DNA from: Gemmatimonadota bacterium
Lineage (GTDB): Bacteria; Gemmatimonadota; Gemmatimonadetes; Gemmatimonadales; GWC2-71-9
NCBI GenBank assembly: GCA_036679605.1
Contig: JAZDCZ010000243.1
Location: forward strand, 62,721 to 126,720
Length of the DNA: 64,000 nt
Reading direction: 5' to 3'
Part shown: positions 9,882-19,432 of the stretch, piece after piece
Position numbering within the stretch: position 1 is the first letter of the stretch
Layout: each line of letters opens with the position of its first letter
Made by a program: the position numbers and the translations under genes
Notes under the pieces: model-generated
Seen by the model: only the letters and a program-made list of their open reading frames with translations
The model's database searches: none
What the model was told of the DNA's origin: nothing

Positions 9882-9932
9882 TGGTCACGTTGAGACATGA
9901 CACGGTCCATGTAACAGTGGGAGACTATTGAA

Positions 9933-10169
9933 ATGGCCTATAGGAAATTCAAGGACAAGAGCGGCAATAACTGGGAGGTGCGCGAGCAGTCGCGAGACGA
10001 ATGGTACTTCGAGCCGGCGTCCGGGAATCCGGGCAGCCGCAAGGTGGTGCGGTCTCCGGGGTACGAGAAGGACCCGTTTGAAATGAGCGAGCGCGAATTG
10101 CAGAAACTGTTGGGCTCCGATGAAGGTGAAGTGCGTACCAAGCGTACGAAATCCCCGTTCCTTGACTGA
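9933..10169 (+). CDS. Small hypothetical protein
   Basis: GGAG RBS; 78-aa hydrophilic ORF in an operon-like position. Confidence 0.6.
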   Translation: MAYRKFKDKSGNNWEVREQSRDEWYFEPASGNPGSRKVVRSPGYEKDPFEMSERELQKLLGSDEGEVRTKRTKSPFLD

Positions 10170-10184
10170 TCCAACGGTAGCGCG

Positions 10185-11279
10185 GTGAAGTCCAACTTCT
10201 TCCAGCGCTATCTCCTACCAGGGTTCGTACTCCAGTCGATCGTGATCGCTGGTGGCTACGGCACCGGACGCGAACTCGTGGAGTTTTTCCTTAAGTTCGG
10301 GCCAGGTGCAGGGTTGGTGTCCATGGTCCTCATCGCGACGCTTGTCATGAGCGTTGTGAGCGCCGTGAGCTTCGAGTTCGCCAGGGTATTTCGTTGCTTC
10401 GACTATCGGAGCTTCTTCGTCCAGCTCTTAGGAAGGGGTTGGTTCGTATACGAGATCGGTTATCTGGTAGCAGTGTTACTGATATTGGCGGTCGTGGGTG
10501 CAGCGGCGGGAACCATACTCAACGAGTCGTTCTCGGTTCCGTATGTGGTTGGTGTGTTGAGCATGATGCTGGCAGTGGGGTTCCTGGTTTTCAAGGGTAC
10601 CGGTACGATAGAGAAGGTGATGGCCGCGTGGTCCTTTGTACTGTACGCTACATACATCGTATTATTCGTTTGGGCCATCACATTGTTCGGACGCAGCATG
10701 TTAGCGCAGCTTGGAAGCGGACCGACCGAGCCGGGCTGGGCGCTTAGCGGGCTAAAGTATGGTGTGTTGCAAGTCTCACTCATTCCGGCGGTCCTGTTCT
10801 CGGTACGACATATTACAACTAGGCGAGAAGCGCTTACAGCGGGAGCGCTCGCCGGGGTGATAGCGATGATTCCCGGTTTCATGTTCTATCTGGCCATGGT
10901 AGGACAATATCCAGCTATCCTTGAACGTCCGGCACCCGTCAACTACCTGCTGGGCTTGCTGGGTTCACGCACCTTTCAGATAGTCTTTCAAGTGGTGTTG
11001 TTCGGTACGCTCGTCGAGACGGGTACCGGATTGATCCACGCCTTCAACGAACGCGTAGCCAACACGTTCGCTGGAGTAGCTCGACCGATGCCCGTATCGG
11101 CCCGTCCCGTGATAGCCGTTGGTTTGTTGAGCGCTGGTGCTCTGCTGTCCAAGCTTGGCCTAGTAAACCTGGTGGCGCACGGGTACGGAACGGCATCATG
11201 GATATTTATTTTTATCTATGCCTTGCCTGTGTTGACCTGGGGTGTATGGAAAATCAGAACCCAAATCGTGAGAGAATGA
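10185..11279 (+). CDS. YkvI-like membrane protein
   Basis: IAGGYGTGRELVEFF motif; about 10 TM segments. Confidence 0.8.
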   Translation: MKSNFFQRYLLPGFVLQSIVIAGGYGTGRELVEFFLKFGPGAGLVSMVLIATLVMSVVSAVSFEFARVFRCFDYRSFFVQLLGRGWFVYEIGYLVAVLLILAVVGAAAGTILNESFSVPYVVGVLSMMLAVGFLVFKGTGTIEKVMAAWSFVLYATYIVLFVWAITLFGRSMLAQLGSGPTEPGWALSGLKYGVLQVSLIPAVLFSVRHITTRREALTAGALAGVIAMIPGFMFYLAMVGQYPAILERPAPVNYLLGLLGSRTFQIVFQVVLFGTLVETGTGLIHAFNERVANTFAGVARPMPVSARPVIAVGLLSAGALLSKLGLVNLVAHGYGTASWIFIFIYALPVLTWGVWKIRTQIVRE

Positions 11280-11283
11280 ATTC

Positions 11284-12915
11284 GTGCCACGAAAATTATA
11301 TTTCTTAGGGAGCGCCAGCACACTTGGGATTATCGTAGTTGTTTCCCTGTGGTGGAGTACCGTACTGTGGTCCCTCGTTCTTGTTGGGCCCATCGTCCTA
11401 CTCGGCGTTTACGATATCCTGCAGCGCAAGCACACACTTCTCCGGATCTATCCAGTGATCGGCCATGGCAGATACGTGATGGAACTGCTGCGACCCGAGA
11501 TCCAACAATATTTCGTCGAGGACAACATCAACGGGACGCCTCTCAGCCGAGAGCTGCGGTCGATCGTCTATCAACGCGCTAAGGGTGCCTTAGACACTCT
11601 CCCATTCGGTACACAAAGAGACGTTTACCGTGTCGGCTACGAATGGTTGAATCACTCGTTGAGCCCCACGCAGGCACTTGAACAGGAACCCCGAGTCAAC
11701 ATTGGAACTGAGCAGTGTACGAAGCCCTATGCTGCGTCACGGCTCAACATTTCGGCCATGAGCTTCGGAGCCCTCAGCCGCAACGCGATCCGGGCGCTTA
11801 ACAAGGGGGCAAAGGAAGGTGGGTGTTACCACAACACGGGTGAGGGCGGATTGAGTCCCTATCATCTCGAGTTCGGTGCCGATGTCGTATGGCAGATTGG
11901 CACCGGCTATTTCGGTTGTCGCACGAGGGAAGGCAACTTCGATCCCGCCAAGTTCCAGCAAAATGCAGCCCGCGACAGCGTAAGAATGATCGAGATAAAG
12001 CTATCTCAGGGAGCCAAACCCGGGCACGGCGGAATTCTGCCAGGAGCGAAAGTGACTGAGGAGATAGCCACCATTCGTGGCGTACCGCCTGGGTTGGACG
12101 TGATTTCGCCACCCGCGCACACGGCGTTCAGCGACCCGACTGGACTGCTGAGCTTCGTGCAGACACTGCGCGAGCTGTCGGGAGGAAAGCCGGTGGGCTT
12201 CAAGCTCTGTGTAGGGGATCCTGTCGAGTTCATGGGAATTTGCAAAGCGATTGTATCGACGGGAATACTGCCGGACTTCATTACGGTAGACGGTGGGGAG
12301 GGCGGAACCGGAGCGGCGCCGCTCGAGTTTTCCAATTCCGTGGGGACTCCGTTGAGGGAAGGCTTGACCCTGGTCCACCACACGTTATTAGGTTGTGGGT
12401 TGCGCGACAAGATTCGCATCATCGCCGCCGGCAAGGTCGTCACGGCGTTCCATATGTTCAAGACAATCGCGCTGGGTGCAGACGTATGTAACTCAGCGCG
12501 GGCAATGATGATCTCCCTAGGTTGTATTCAGGCCAGACGCTGTCACGACAACACATGTCCGACCGGTATTGCCACGCAGGATTCACAGCGGAGTCGTTCT
12601 GTGTACGTGATGGGCAAGGCCAAGAGGGTAGCGCGATATCACGGTGATACGATCGCGTCATTTCTGGAGCTGCTGGGCGCTGCCGGGCTGAAAACAGGGG
12701 ACGAGATCTCACCACGCCATGTGCTCCGCCGAGTGGATCCTGTGACGGTCAAGAGTTATGCAGAAATCTATCCTGCTATCGAGCCGGGAGCGTTCTTGCG
12801 TAAGGACGTTGACGAGCGGTACCTGGCAGCGTGGAGTGCGGCCAATGCGACGAGTTTCCGGGGTGATGCAATAACCTGTGATTCCGGGAGTGGTTTGAAT
12901 ACCCCTACAGTTTGA
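11284..12915 (+). CDS. FMN-binding glutamate synthase-family protein (YerD-like)
   Basis: SAMSFGAL, NTGEGG, EIKLSQGAKPGHGG and CIQARRCHDNTCPTG motifs. Confidence 0.9.
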   Translation: MPRKLYFLGSASTLGIIVVVSLWWSTVLWSLVLVGPIVLLGVYDILQRKHTLLRIYPVIGHGRYVMELLRPEIQQYFVEDNINGTPLSRELRSIVYQRAKGALDTLPFGTQRDVYRVGYEWLNHSLSPTQALEQEPRVNIGTEQCTKPYAASRLNISAMSFGALSRNAIRALNKGAKEGGCYHNTGEGGLSPYHLEFGADVVWQIGTGYFGCRTREGNFDPAKFQQNAARDSVRMIEIKLSQGAKPGHGGILPGAKVTEEIATIRGVPPGLDVISPPAHTAFSDPTGLLSFVQTLRELSGGKPVGFKLCVGDPVEFMGICKAIVSTGILPDFITVDGGEGGTGAAPLEFSNSVGTPLREGLTLVHHTLLGCGLRDKIRIIAAGKVVTAFHMFKTIALGADVCNSARAMMISLGCIQARRCHDNTCPTGIATQDSQRSRSVYVMGKAKRVARYHGDTIASFLELLGAAGLKTGDEISPRHVLRRVDPVTVKSYAEIYPAIEPGAFLRKDVDERYLAAWSAANATSFRGDAITCDSGSGLNTPTV

Positions 12916-13152
12916 GCAGAGCCACCAATGTGCCTAGCGTACCCAGCCAGAATACAAAGTTCCATTTGAGCAGCCTGCTTATCTCAACATGCAGTTCTGA
13001 CTTCAGTTCAGCGATTCGTTGCTCCAGCTTCGCATCAAATTGTGAAAAGCGAAGCTCGAACAGTTCTCTGAATTCTGAACGATACGTTGCGTCCACGTTG
13101 TTGAACCAATCTACCAGCTTGTCCGCTTAGAAAATCTTGCGGTTATCGGCAT
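12905..13152 (-). pseudogene. Frameshifted DUF1640/CCDC90-like coiled-coil membrane-anchored protein
   Basis: ATG 13152 gives MPITARFSKR then an early stop. DKLVDWFNNVDATY...LLKWNFVFW lies in another frame; the span is 248 nt, not a multiple of 3. Confidence 0.6.
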
Positions 13153-13279
13153 GGTTTTCTCGTTTCGCCAATACCGCCATCACACTACAAAGATAAGCTC
13201 GGCAGGTCGTAACCAAAATAGCGCTCGGTGGATCAAGAAAGTGCGGGTGATTTCGCTGATCACCGGCGGGCCGGGCCTA

Positions 13280-13325
13280 TTGACTCACCTCACAGAATGT
13301 ATTATTGTATTAGTAGACCAATACA
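13280..13325 (+). promoter_or_regulatory. Sigma70 promoter with a YtrA/GntR-type operator
   Basis: TTGACT-N17-TATTGT; palindrome TGTATT-N8-AATACA at 13306-13325. Confidence 0.7.
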
Positions 13326-13334
13326 GTAAGGCGG

Positions 13335-13703
13335 ATGTTTACTAACCTAGATCCCAGAAGCCCGGTACCGCTGTACGACCAGATCGCTTCGCGCATACGG
13401 GTGGGCATCGCGTCAGGGGAACTAGAGCCTGACCAAGCGCTGCCGTCAGTGCGACAGTTGGCGGGGCGGCTCCGAGTCAACCCGGCCACGGTGGTTCAGG
13501 CGTATCGCGAACTCGAGACCGGAGGATTCGTCGAGATGCAGCAGGGGGCTGGAACTTTCGTGAAGGAAATCGCAAGGGAGAAGCGGTCCCGCGAACGAGA
13601 GAAGCAGGCAGGTGAATTGGTAAGGGAAATGCTTCAGCGGGCAGCGGGACTGGGAATCGATGCGGAAGAGGTCGCGACCGCGCTGAGTAAAGAACTCGGG
13701 TAG
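13335..13703 (+). CDS. GntR (YtrA subfamily) regulator
   Basis: PLYDQI, LPSVRQLA, VNPATVVQAYRELE and GAGTFV motifs. Confidence 0.92.
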   Translation: MFTNLDPRSPVPLYDQIASRIRVGIASGELEPDQALPSVRQLAGRLRVNPATVVQAYRELETGGFVEMQQGAGTFVKEIAREKRSREREKQAGELVREMLQRAAGLGIDAEEVATALSKELG

Positions 13704-13756
13704 AGTAGAGCCATGGATACGCCGATACCTAAGCCGGCAGCAATGAGAGGGCAGCA

Positions 13757-14659
13757 ATGAACAACGCTATCGAGATGCGTGACGTGCTGTATCAGGCAGG
13801 AAAGTCCTTCGAGATCAGAGATCTCACTCTCAACGTGCCTACAGGTTCGCTATACGGTTTTCTCGGCCCCAACGGTGCCGGTAAGACAACAACGATCCGA
13901 CTGCTTTTGGGCATGCTGCGCGCGAAGCAGGGCAGTATCACTGTCTTGGGTCGCAGCATACCACAAGACGCCCCCCGGGTGCTGATGTACACCGGATACG
14001 TGCCGGAACGACCCCATCTATACCCAAGTCTGACCATCGACCAAGCTCTGCGGTATCACGCGGCGTTCTACCCCAGCTGGGACTGGGATAAAGCCGGAAC
14101 CATGCTGCGGCAATTCGAGTTGGATGGCGATCGCAGCATTGCGCGACTCTCCAAGGGAGAGGCGGGAAAACTGGCGACACTGATAGCGCTGTCTCAGTGT
14201 CCTGAACTGTTGGTCTTGGACGAGCCGACCGATGGTCTGGATCCGGTCGTGCGACGCGATGTATTGACGGCCTTGATGGAGTACGTATCGCAATTCAACG
14301 CAACGGTGTTCATATCGAGCCATCTGGTTCACGAATTGGAGCGCATGTGCGACTGGGTGGGTGTCATGGACAAGGGGCGGCTGGTGGCCGAGATGCCGAT
14401 GCAGAGCTTCAAGAACAGCATCAAGCGGTTGCGGGTGAGTGGCGCTCCCGCACTAGTTGAGGACGCCCCATTCGTGCTGCTCTCGCGGGAGGACAGCGAC
14501 GGTGTTCACGGCGTGGAAGAATGGGTCGTGCGTGGCTGGCAGCAGCCTATGCAGCAATACTTTGAAGGTGTGGGCGCAACGCTAAAGGAAGTCGTTGACC
14601 TCGATCTGGAAGAGGGGTTCGTAGAACTCCTGCGGACTTTCAGAACGGCTCGGACCTAG
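13757..14659 (+). CDS. ABC transporter ATP-binding protein
   Basis: GPNGAGKTT, LSKGE and LDEPT motifs. Confidence 0.95.
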   Translation: MNNAIEMRDVLYQAGKSFEIRDLTLNVPTGSLYGFLGPNGAGKTTTIRLLLGMLRAKQGSITVLGRSIPQDAPRVLMYTGYVPERPHLYPSLTIDQALRYHAAFYPSWDWDKAGTMLRQFELDGDRSIARLSKGEAGKLATLIALSQCPELLVLDEPTDGLDPVVRRDVLTALMEYVSQFNATVFISSHLVHELERMCDWVGVMDKGRLVAEMPMQSFKNSIKRLRVSGAPALVEDAPFVLLSREDSDGVHGVEEWVVRGWQQPMQQYFEGVGATLKEVVDLDLEEGFVELLRTFRTART

Positions 14660-14670
14660 GAGAAACGGCG

Positions 14671-15330
14671 ATGTTCAAGGTGATACTGCAAACACAATGG
14701 ACTTGGTCGAGGATGTTCGTCCTGCTCGGCGTCGTCCTGGCATTTCTCCTTCCGGTCTTGACGGTGCAGCGAATCGGCATTGGAGACGCATCAGACAGCT
14801 TTGCGGTCGGAGGGGTCTTGTCATCTGTAGAGAATTGGAGCGTATGGTATAGTGCCCTGGCCGCAGGGTTGGGATTGTTGGTCGCGACAAACACCTGGGC
14901 GGCGGACCACCGGGGCAAGCACGTATATGCGCTCTCGCTTCCGATTCCACGGTGGCACTATGTGTTGCTCCGGTTTGGGGCTGGAGCCCTCATGCTGCTG
15001 GCACCGGCGCTGGCCATCTGGGTCAGCTCAATGGTTGCCACGGCGGCTACCGAAATCCCAGAGAGTCTGAGAGTGTATCCGCATGCGTTGAGTGTGAGAT
15101 TCGCTCTGGCAATGCTTGTGGCCTACAGCATGTTCTTCGCGATTTCGGCGGGCACAGCGCGTGCGGCTGGTTTCGTCTTGGTGGCCATAGGCGGCATCTT
15201 GGCAGCAGGAGTGTTGTTGTCCGCTGCGGGGTCCACGATCGATATGTCCGGAATGGTTGCGGATCGTTTGCTCTTGTGGCCAGGGCCCTTGGAGGTATTT
15301 ACGGGGCCCTGGATGCTGATAGACATCTGA
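14671..15330 (+). CDS. ABC-2-type membrane permease-like protein
   Basis: About 6 hydrophobic segments; LSLPIPR motif; follows the ATPase gene. Confidence 0.7.
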   Translation: MFKVILQTQWTWSRMFVLLGVVLAFLLPVLTVQRIGIGDASDSFAVGGVLSSVENWSVWYSALAAGLGLLVATNTWAADHRGKHVYALSLPIPRWHYVLLRFGAGALMLLAPALAIWVSSMVATAATEIPESLRVYPHALSVRFALAMLVAYSMFFAISAGTARAAGFVLVAIGGILAAGVLLSAAGSTIDMSGMVADRLLLWPGPLEVFTGPWMLIDI

Positions 15331-15336
15331 GCCGCC

Positions 15337-16431
15337 ATGTCCCTTCGACTGTTGGAAACGTCTGTTGTGGTGCTCGCACTTGTGGGCGGGATTGCGGCCC
15401 TGCCGTCCGCCGTGTCTGCCCAAACCACGAGTGAATACCGCGCTCGGGTCGAGCGGCTCGACAGTTTGCATAAAGAGCAGGTGGCGGCCAGACGACAGGA
15501 CGCCAGCTTGGCTCGAAACAAAATCGTGATCGATACGGTCCGGTTTGGGCAAGTCATATTCTTGGTCCGACACCAGTACGCCGGCATCGTGCGCACCGCG
15601 GCGCAGATGGCGTGGCGTCGGATGAGTTACGCACCGCAATCTGACACGGACCTGTTTCGTGGGATGGTAATGTTCGATCTCCTACCACTGGATAGAGCAT
15701 CGAGAGGTGATTACATAGACCGTTGGCTACAGGTCAGCAATGATACGAATGGGGTTATTGGAAGCATAGAATCCGGAGTTTCTCACGTTTTGAAATCACG
15801 GCTGGACGAATCTTCCAGGTTGTGGTTTGAAGGCCGTATGACACTGAGCAGACCTGACACCGCTTCGTGGAGGAATGCCTACATCGAGCTGGCGACCTCC
15901 CCGTTCAGTAACGTGGTCAGTTGCTATGCGGGCGATCTTGGCGCTTGTCGTCTTTCCATGGGCTTGATAGGAGGGAGTGAGCCAGTCACACGGTGGTACG
16001 ACTCTAGCGATCGACGGATTCTTGTGTCTAGATACCGCGGCTGGGTAGATGCTGGCCGTCGGTGTAAAGAACTTGGGAACGACTCGGATTGCCAGGAAGC
16101 TCTGAGAACGGCTGAGCTCCGTTCCCCCTCAACGTTGTTCCCAGCACCGCCGTTGTCGATGTCTTCTAGACGCATGTTGGTTAGCATGGCTTTGGAATTG
16201 GGTGGCACCGGAGCGTACGAACGATTGCTGACGGCGGATTCCGCCAGCACTGAACGGAGGCTGGTGGCCGCAAGCGGTGTGGCGTGGGATTCGCTGCTCC
16301 ATGACTGGCGCGCCGCCGTTTTCGCCGCACGACCAAAGCCAACCACGATCTCCAGAACGCTTGGTTGGACGGCGTTCGGGTGGATAGTTGTTTTGGGGGC
16401 TTTGGCTACGCGGAGTTCTAGATGGCGTTGA
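15337..16431 (+). CDS. Exported, C-terminally anchored hypothetical protein (degenerate peptidase-MA-like)
   Basis: Signal peptide, C-terminal TM, WFEG motif, no HExxH. Confidence 0.6.
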   Translation: MSLRLLETSVVVLALVGGIAALPSAVSAQTTSEYRARVERLDSLHKEQVAARRQDASLARNKIVIDTVRFGQVIFLVRHQYAGIVRTAAQMAWRRMSYAPQSDTDLFRGMVMFDLLPLDRASRGDYIDRWLQVSNDTNGVIGSIESGVSHVLKSRLDESSRLWFEGRMTLSRPDTASWRNAYIELATSPFSNVVSCYAGDLGACRLSMGLIGGSEPVTRWYDSSDRRILVSRYRGWVDAGRRCKELGNDSDCQEALRTAELRSPSTLFPAPPLSMSSRRMLVSMALELGGTGAYERLLTADSASTERRLVAASGVAWDSLLHDWRAAVFAARPKPTTISRTLGWTAFGWIVVLGALATRSSRWR

Positions 16432-17549
16432 AACCCAGACACTGGCTGCTAGCCATGATTCTTATTTGTGGCACCATAGCGGTGGTGTTCTTACCGCCTA
16501 CTGGCGGGTGGCAGCAGCTCGAGCGTGGTCGGCGCCACCTGGCGTTTCTGGGAGGTGAGGTAGTGCGTGGTCACGAGGAACTCCGCGCATTGGAGCAACG
16601 GGATTCACTGATGGCGACTCTCTCATCGACCCGCCCCAGCAATTCGGGGAGTTATTTTCTGGTAGATGATGGGTTGCCGGATGCCGAGCAGAAATTGTTG
16701 GTTGGCGGCGTGTCAGAACTCTTGCCCGAGTCAAAGGGCGCTCGCTCAACGTCGCGTTACGTGCTGGCGGTGATAGTCGATTCCGTCGAGACGGTAGGGC
16801 CGCGGGAGGGAAGGGAGCGCTGGCGGTCAGACATTGTGTACTTTTTACCGGAGGGAACCGACTCGCGCTCTTGTCTCAGCGTCTTGCGGATAGGAACACT
16901 TGACATGGCGAATTTCGAACGGGGCCTGGCTAACTACCCCTTTGCTAGACCTGCCCTACTGGGGCCATGCGCGTACTATGCGGCTTTCGGAAAACCGGGA
17001 CGCGAGGTTGGGGCATGGCTTTCGAGGGATAGATACGCGATCGCGCAGCTACCCGAGTGGACACTCGGTCGTCGCGTTCGCCACGTTGGGGCGTCTCAAC
17101 CCAGTTATTATTATTGGCGTGTGCGAGATTACTACCGTAGAATGGCATGTGCTGCCGGTCACCGCAGTTGTGACGATCTCATCGGCTCATGGAAAGCCTT
17201 GAGGACTACGTCGCCGATTTATTCAGGGCTGAACTCTTACCGTGGAAACGGGGTCAACCATTCTTTAGGCGGACAGGCAGGTTACTTCCTTTCGGACCTG
17301 CTGCTGGACATAGGCCGAGAAAAGTTCGGCCGGTTTTGGTCATCAGATTTACCAGTTGAGCAGGCGTTCTCTGAGGCGGTGGGAAAGTCGCTCGACGACT
17401 GGACGAGAGCTTGGGTTGTGCGAACATATCCAAAGTCAAGACGGTACGGTCCGAGCCTGCCACTGGGGACCTACGTGACGTCGTTGCTTCTTGCGAGTGT
17501 GTGCGTAGTTGGTATCTGCCTGTTTGCCGGGCGGCGTTCCGTTAGCTGA
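16422..17549 (+). CDS. Membrane-anchored hypothetical protein (degenerate peptidase-MA-like)
   Basis: N- and C-terminal TMs; GREKFGRFW...AFSEAVGKSLDDW tail. Confidence 0.6.
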   Translation: MALKPRHWLLAMILICGTIAVVFLPPTGGWQQLERGRRHLAFLGGEVVRGHEELRALEQRDSLMATLSSTRPSNSGSYFLVDDGLPDAEQKLLVGGVSELLPESKGARSTSRYVLAVIVDSVETVGPREGRERWRSDIVYFLPEGTDSRSCLSVLRIGTLDMANFERGLANYPFARPALLGPCAYYAAFGKPGREVGAWLSRDRYAIAQLPEWTLGRRVRHVGASQPSYYYWRVRDYYRRMACAAGHRSCDDLIGSWKALRTTSPIYSGLNSYRGNGVNHSLGGQAGYFLSDLLLDIGREKFGRFWSSDLPVEQAFSEAVGKSLDDWTRAWVVRTYPKSRRYGPSLPLGTYVTSLLLASVCVVGICLFAGRRSVS

Positions 17550-17574
17550 AGCTTCAATTCGGGCCTGACCGCGT

Positions 17575-19290
17575 TCACTTCTCGTAACGCTTGCGCAACG
17601 ATTCTATAGCGGCTGCAATCTCATCGCCGGCATTACTGACACCACCCTTGAGGGTTCGTTCCAGCATGGCGCGCAGGCTCTGAACTTCGCTTAGGCAGTT
17701 TCTCATCAGCCCTTCCGTCCTCTCCCGCTCTGTAGCCAAATGGCTAATGGCCTGCTGGTCTGGTGAGGCCCCTGTGCCGCCTCGCGTTTTGGACTGAATT
17801 GCTTTGTGTCGCTCCGCCGATTCGGCGTCGATGTGCGTGATACGTGTGACGAGAGAACTCATGTGTGCTAACATCTCATCCACCGCTGGAAGTACAGCGT
17901 CTACAAAACGGCGCTCGATACGCGGGACTCGACTCAGTAGCCGCACTATTTCTGCTCGCTCGGCCCTGGCGCTCTGGAGAGCAACGTTGCCCGGTGTACG
18001 CAAGTGGCGGTCGCCACCCTTGGTGTGCCGAGGGAACGGGGTGCCAGGCGTAGCTGCGGCATCGATACCTGCCACGTCGCGCCAAGAATAGCCTGCCATC
18101 CAGAGCTTTGAATACTGCGAAGCCACTACGATGGTCAATACCGCAGTGACAATGGGGGCATAGTCGAGTGCACCATTCGTGGCGAGGTCTAGCGCAAAGA
18201 ATCCTGCATTAACGAGCAAGAAAACCAAGAGCGTTATTCGGAACTTCCAGATTGGGTTAGATGCTTCAGGAGTGGCAACAGAGATGTTAGGGCTTTCTGT
18301 GACACTAGTCCCTTCAAGCTGTCTCCGTAGCTCTGCCGCTGATGCAATACGCTGGCTGGGATCCTTGATGAGACATCGCGCGATGGTATCGGCAAGGTCG
18401 TTCGGGCAGTCGGGGCGGAACTCGATTACAAGGGGTGGTTCTTCGGTTATGTGTCCAACGATCAACGCCTGCGGGGTGGAACCCGTGAAGGGAGGCTTTC
18501 CCGCGATCATCTGAAATGCCACAACCCCCAGCGAGTAGAGATCCGACTTATGGTCTATTTCTCTCTCCCCGCTGGCCTGTTCGGGACTCATGTACATCGG
18601 CGTTCCCACGATCATCCCGGTACCGGTGAGTCCAACGTCTTTGGAAGCCAGCGCCTTTGCGATCCCGAAGTCCATCAGTAGAACGTTGCGGTCCTTACCG
18701 TCCAGCATGATGTTCTCCGGCTTGATGTCACGGTGCACGATTCCGTTCGCGTGTGCAGTGTCGAGTGCATCGGCCGCTTGAATGAGAATCCTGCGGGCTT
18801 CGTCGACGGCGAGTCTGCCCTCGCGGAGCAGCAGATCCTTTAAGCTCTCTCCCTCGACGAGCGGCATGATCATGTAGGCCAGACCCTCGCCCTCACCCAC
18901 TGCATAGATCAGGATGATGTTGGCGTGCCGTAGCTTTGCCACGGCCTGGGCCTCACGCATGAAGCGTTCGATCAGCGTTACCGTTGGAAAGAGATCGTAG
19001 CGTAGGGCTTTGACGGCCACGTCTCGCTCGAGCTTCGAGTCATGGGCCTTGTACACCGAGCCAAAGCCGCCGTGGCCGAGTAGCCCCTGCAATTGGAATC
19101 CCCCACCCAAAGCGCGCTCGAGCCGGCGGCGGTACTCTTCTTCGCTGGCGTTCGGTGATCTTGGTGCTCGCACCTCACCGGTTTCCCGAACCATCTCCGT
19201 CGGCGTGGCCTCGCCGCACGCCGGACAAAACATGTCGGATGCCCTGATGGGTTTTTCGCAAGTCGGGCAGGCTCGATCCGGATCGGTCAT
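17575..19290 (-). CDS. Ser/Thr protein kinase with zinc ribbon, 2 TM segments and a coiled-coil tail
   Basis: CPTC/CPAC; GHGGFG, VAVK, HRDIKPEN, DFG and YMSPE motifs. The track's upstream extension is antisense to the TonB receptor gene. Confidence 0.9.
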   Translation of the reverse strand: MTDPDRACPTCEKPIRASDMFCPACGEATPTEMVRETGEVRAPRSPNASEEEYRRRLERALGGGFQLQGLLGHGGFGSVYKAHDSKLERDVAVKALRYDLFPTVTLIERFMREAQAVAKLRHANIILIYAVGEGEGLAYMIMPLVEGESLKDLLLREGRLAVDEARRILIQAADALDTAHANGIVHRDIKPENIMLDGKDRNVLLMDFGIAKALASKDVGLTGTGMIVGTPMYMSPEQASGEREIDHKSDLYSLGVVAFQMIAGKPPFTGSTPQALIVGHITEEPPLVIEFRPDCPNDLADTIARCLIKDPSQRIASAAELRRQLEGTSVTESPNISVATPEASNPIWKFRITLLVFLLVNAGFFALDLATNGALDYAPIVTAVLTIVVASQYSKLWMAGYSWRDVAGIDAAATPGTPFPRHTKGGDRHLRTPGNVALQSARAERAEIVRLLSRVPRIERRFVDAVLPAVDEMLAHMSSLVTRITHIDAESAERHKAIQSKTRGGTGASPDQQAISHLATERERTEGLMRNCLSEVQSLRAMLERTLKGGVSNAGDEIAAAIESLRKRYEK

Positions 19291-19432
19291 CGATGCTCTC
19301 TGTGGGTCAATATCGAGGAAGTTGCTCTTATGTATGGTGCTCGTCAAATGGATGGTCGGGTGCATTTGCAAAGCACACCTCCAAGGGCTTCCGCGGTCCG
19401 CCCTTAACATTATGGCGCCGGTCGTCGTATAA

